Shown: positions 7,242 through 10,172 of the stretch, one piece after another | Position numbering within the stretch: position 1 is the first letter of the stretch | How the letters are laid out: the number at the start of each line of letters is the position of its first letter | Assembly (NCBI GenBank): GCA_041736305.1 | Contig: JBGSTX010000390.1 | Location: forward strand, 1 to 10,172 | DNA: 10,172 nt | Origin: Oligoflexus sp. | GTDB lineage: Bacteria > Bdellovibrionota_B > Oligoflexia > Oligoflexales > Oligoflexaceae | Reading direction: 5' to 3' | The notes under the pieces: generated by a model | Seen by the model: only the letters and a program-made list of their open reading frames with translations | What the model was told of the DNA's origin: nothing | Databases searched by the model: none | Translations under genes and position numbers: made by a program

Positions 7242-8225
7242 TCACGGAGCCTTCGCAACTGCCGCGAGCGCAGCAAGAAACCCAATTAGCTTTTCTTCGA
7301 CTTCTTCGATGCGCAGAACCGCCGGCGAAGCCGCCTGTATCATCAGCGATGGTGCGGCTGCCTGGGGAAAAGTTCGAAGGTATTCGCCGGGAAGATAGAG
7401 TCCTACCACCGCTACGCCAAGTGCATGAGCAACATGTAAAGGCCCAGAATCATGGCCAACGAATATTTTTGACTGCCCCCAAAACCATGAAAGCCCCGGA
7501 AGATCCCGGACCCATTTATCGATAAAACGATCACTGGCAAGATGCGGCCAATTCTCCCTCAGGCTAGCTAGTTCCTGGCTGATTCCTGTCCAAATAACAA
7601 AGTAGCCCCGCTCCTCCAGCAAGCTCGAAATCCGCTCCCAGACGCTGAGAGGAGCGATGCGGTCAGCGCGTCCCGCGAAAGGATGCAGAACAGCCAGATT
7701 CTTGCCAGCCAAGGCCTGGGGTAATTCGAGACGCGGCAGGCGCTCTCGATCGAGGAAGTTCAGAGGCGGCACCACCTGAGGAAGTGCCGGACTGAAGGCC
7801 TGCAGAAATCCAGCGACGACGGGCGCTTTTCTATTCGGACAAGGCAAGACCTGAGTCAGGAGAGGCGCATTACGTCTGCCTTTTATACCCCAGCGCACAG
7901 GAATACCTGCCATTTTTACAAATAGAGCAGTACGCCAACACGTCATAACTATCAAGGCCTCGTCGAAATGCCCACGGCGAACGCTCCTCCAGCTCCTCAT
8001 AAAATGGCGCCAGCGCCCCCTGGTCCGTTTCGGGGCTTTATCCCAGAAGGGATCCGCAGCATAAACTCGGCGCACCCCTGGAAGGAGGTGTCCAATCCCG
8101 GAACTGTAGTCCTTACACCAGAGGCTGAGTTCGATCTCCGGATCCTGGCTCAGGGAGCGAGCCAAGGCCGAGACAAAAACCAGGTCTCCTAGATTCTCGA
8201 GGCTGACTAACAAGACTTTCTTCAT
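7242..8225 (-). CDS. Glycosyltransferase family 9 (ADP-heptose:LPS heptosyltransferase-like)
   Basis: N-terminal KKVLLVSLENLGDLVF, LHPFAG, and FVGHDSGPLHVAHALGVAVVGLY (GT9 DSGxxHxAxA motif). Start is ATG 8225 or TTG 8231, with AGGA upstream. Confidence 0.92.
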   Translation of the reverse strand: MKKVLLVSLENLGDLVFVSALARSLSQDPEIELSLWCKDYSSGIGHLLPGVRRVYAADPFWDKAPKRTRGRWRHFMRSWRSVRRGHFDEALIVMTCWRTALFVKMAGIPVRWGIKGRRNAPLLTQVLPCPNRKAPVVAGFLQAFSPALPQVVPPLNFLDRERLPRLELPQALAGKNLAVLHPFAGRADRIAPLSVWERISSLLEERGYFVIWTGISQELASLRENWPHLASDRFIDKWVRDLPGLSWFWGQSKIFVGHDSGPLHVAHALGVAVVGLYLPGEYLRTFPQAAAPSLMIQAASPAVLRIEEVEEKLIGFLAALAAVAKAP

Positions 8226-8366
8226 CGGCAATTTTCCTGAATCCGTTGCGGCGCAATAAGGTTCTATCAGCTCTTACGTCTTGATACGATAATAATGCAT
8301 GTGTTAGAGTTGTGGTCTACGAAGATTTTTCCAGCACCGCAAAGCTCATGAAGGCTCAAAAAAAGC

Positions 8367-8576
8367 ATGAAAAAATTCTTTTCTGCACTTTGTCCGCAGT
8401 CGCTGACCGATTTGATGAACTCTTGCTTCGGCCTGAAGGCTGAAGCAGACGGCGAAGCTTTCGAAGTGGATATGCTCGACCCCGAAGCAGTCGAGCAACT
8501 TTCATCCCTAGGACTGCAGATTATGTTTGCAGGTATCGCTCTCAAAGTCGTGGTCATCGTCCTCGGTGCCCACTAA
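8367..8576 (+). CDS. Small hypothetical protein with C-terminal hydrophobic segment
   Basis: 69-aa ATG ORF filling an otherwise empty gap, divergent from GT9. Acidic middle and a hydrophobic tail (LGLQIMFAGIALKVVVIVLG). No recognised family. Confidence 0.55.
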   Translation: MKKFFSALCPQSLTDLMNSCFGLKAEADGEAFEVDMLDPEAVEQLSSLGLQIMFAGIALKVVVIVLGAH

Positions 8577-8732
8577 AACCCTTCGTTTAGCGAAGTTTAA
8601 ATCGTGCGGAAGACTTCATCTATTTAGACGGCGCAGGTCGGCGCATAGAGAATTTCCCGCACATTCTTCTTGACTCATCTAGAGCTCTCCTGATTAACTA
8701 TCGCTATCCCTATAGAAACAATTATCAGAGAC

Positions 8733-8999
8733 ATGGACGTGGACATGATCATGGCGCTATGGACATGGCGGGGTCGATATTTCGGCTATCGTCACGGTGA
8801 TTTTCTGTGGACCAAGAAGGGTGAGTATGTCGGCCGTTTCTTTGGCAATGACGTCTACAGCAACGAAGGTCGCTATCTGGGTGAGATGGTTCAAAATCGA
8901 CTCTTCCGACGGGAAACCAAGTGCGGGCTCAGCAAGGATCTCAGAGCCCCCTATCGCACTAGCATCAACTATGAAAGCGTAGTCGAGGGTTGGGTCTAA
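8733..8999 (+). CDS. Small repeat protein, 4-fold beta-flower-like
   Basis: Repeats LWTWRGRYFGYRHGD / FLWTKKGEYVGRFFGN / DVYSNEGRYLGEMVQN / RL, consensus [W/Y]xxxGxYxG. Alternative starts at 8745 and 8751. Confidence 0.75.
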   Translation: MDVDMIMALWTWRGRYFGYRHGDFLWTKKGEYVGRFFGNDVYSNEGRYLGEMVQNRLFRRETKCGLSKDLRAPYRTSINYESVVEGWV

Positions 9000-9030
9000 A
9001 GCAGCAGCTTGCCCCAAGGACGGCTGCTGC
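8998..9030 (-). terminator. Stem-loop between convergent beta-flower-like and S8 genes
   Basis: GCAGCAGC (9001-9008) / GCTGCTGC (9023-9030) inverted repeat with further inner pairing. Only TTT follows on the minus strand. Confidence 0.55.
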
Positions 9031-9041
9031 ACAATCAGCTT

Positions 9042-10034
9042 CTAGAACAGGAATGCTGGCTGCCAGTTAACGTAAGGGGCATCGCTCGCATCGTTGAGCG
9101 AACGGGGCCGATCTTCATCAGCTACATTTTCGCGCGCAGCGGCAATTGCCGTCTTCAGTTCTTGATTCAAGCTTAGCTGAGCGGCTGCATAAGCGCGCTC
9201 GGCATTGATAACTCCGCCTGCAGCTATTTTATCTTTCAACTCAGCTTTGAAGTCGACAGTCTGGACGATAATCGCCTTGATTTCGTCGGCGCTCAGCTCA
9301 GAATTGATGTCCTTGATGCGACCAGCGACACCCGCGACGTAGGGAGCTGCTTGGCTGGTTCCGCTTAATTTCAAATAGCGATTATCAGGAACGCTGGAGA
9401 GGATAGCCACGCCAGGTGCAGCCACATCGACTTTTTTACCGAAATTTGAGAAAGGAGCTAGTTTGCCCGAAGGAAAAACTGCAGCCACCGAGAGAGCATG
9501 AGGATGCTGGATGGAGGCAGGCGCGGTAGGGAACTTATCGTTGCTCAGGCCGTCGTTACCCGAGGCAAAGACAAAAAGAGTGTCGGGAGCAGATTTTAGC
9601 ATGGAAGCCTGCTCGATGTTTACGCGCTCAAGGAAGTAAGTCGCGAGTTCGTCGAGATCTTTCTCGAGAGGTTTTTTTCCCCCCGCAGCCAGTGTAAGCA
9701 GAGGCGTGACGATCGCTTTTGCTTGCGTAGCGCCGACGCCGAGAGATAGGTTGGCAACGTCTGCACCTTCAGCTCCGAGATAGGCACCGACCTGTCCGAA
9801 AACTACTCCTTGAGCTTTAGCCACAACGTTCAGGGTGCCCTTGATGATCTGCTTGGCAAACCAGTTGACCGAACCCGCTTTTTCCAGTTTTGCTTTCGCT
9901 TCGCCCGTCATCGCACCTGCTAGTGGATTCTCAGTCGGGACCAGCTTAAGGGCCATAACGCGTGCGCCTTCGTTGCTGCCACGCGCAATACCTGCCACGT
10001 GAGTGCCGTGCGCAAAATTTCCATAAGTCAGCAG
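9042..10034 (-). pseudogene. S8 (subtilisin-like) serine protease, 5'-truncated/interrupted
   Basis: The frame continues upstream of the tracked GTG as LLTYGNFAHGTHVAGI (catalytic His), with FVFASGND (oxyanion Asn), FSNFG, VDVAAPG and SGTSQAAP (catalytic Ser) downstream. In-frame TGA at 10046-10044. No catalytic Asp motif, signal peptide or usable start upstream of the His within the window. Confidence 0.85.
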
Positions 10035-10172
10035 CGGAAAATTTCAGGATAGCTGTCGCATAGGTGTTAGCTGACTATTCGGTAGTTGTCCTCTCTAGCG
10101 GATCGTTCTTCATCTTTCAACCAATTTAATTTGACCACCATTATTTTCTCCCAATTCCTCGTCTTCTTCGAC
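10035..10172 (-). mobile_element. Probable insertion sequence end (IS21-like), partial
   Basis: Protease coding ends abruptly at ~10034. Subterminal repeats GATAGCTGTC (10048), GTTAGCTGAC (10066), GGTAGTTGTC (10081) and a weaker TTAATTTGAC(CACC) (10126). An ORF ends 75 nt inside the junction. No transposase domain is visible and the terminus is not a canonical TG. Confidence 0.45.
10110..10172 (-). CDS. C-terminal fragment of an unidentified ORF (possibly the IS-encoded last gene)
   Basis: Open from the window edge: VEEDEELGENNGGQIKLVER*. Too short to identify. Confidence 0.4.
   Translation of the reverse strand, partial: VEEDEELGENNGGQIKLVER

Noticed and set aside
8267..9032. Minus-strand ORFs 8267-8557 and 8757-9032
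   Set aside because: Antisense to the more protein-like plus-strand ORFs; no motifs.
9996..9998. GTG 9998 as the start of an intact 318-aa protease
   Set aside because: It is the Val of HGTHVAG; a product starting here would lack the catalytic His and Asp.
10035..10070. Simple frameshift as the explanation for the S8 truncation
   Set aside because: All minus-strand frames upstream meet stops within the window and none shows S8-like sequence.
1..10172. CRISPR array, tRNA, rRNA or recognisable riboswitch
   Set aside because: No regularly spaced repeats or recognisable RNA motifs; intergenic gaps are all short, and the apparently non-coding left end is largely an ABC ATPase 5' end.

Overview
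Bacterial chromosomal window; the protein styles (S8 protease, LRR lipoprotein) and sigma28-like promoters suggest Bdellovibrionota/Oligoflexia, but that is inference only. From left to right: the 5' end of an ABC ATPase missed by the ORF track (-), a signal-peptide-bearing M1 aminopeptidase N (-) with a probable 1-nt frameshift near its 3' end, a divergent Tat-exported PhoX phosphatase (+), a convergent Cys-capped LRR lipoprotein (-) behind a good sigma28/FliA-type promoter, a YafD-like EEP protein (-), a GT9 glycosyltransferase (-), two small hypotheticals (+; one with a beta-flower-like 15-16 aa repeat), and an S8 protease (-) whose 5' part is cut off at ~10034 by sequence resembling an IS end with subterminal repeats. 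No CRISPR array, rRNA or tRNA was seen, and I cannot support a clearly new multi-gene system. The best leads are the interrupted protease/IS junction, the sigma28 promoters, the ABC ATPase leader and the beta-flower-like protein.
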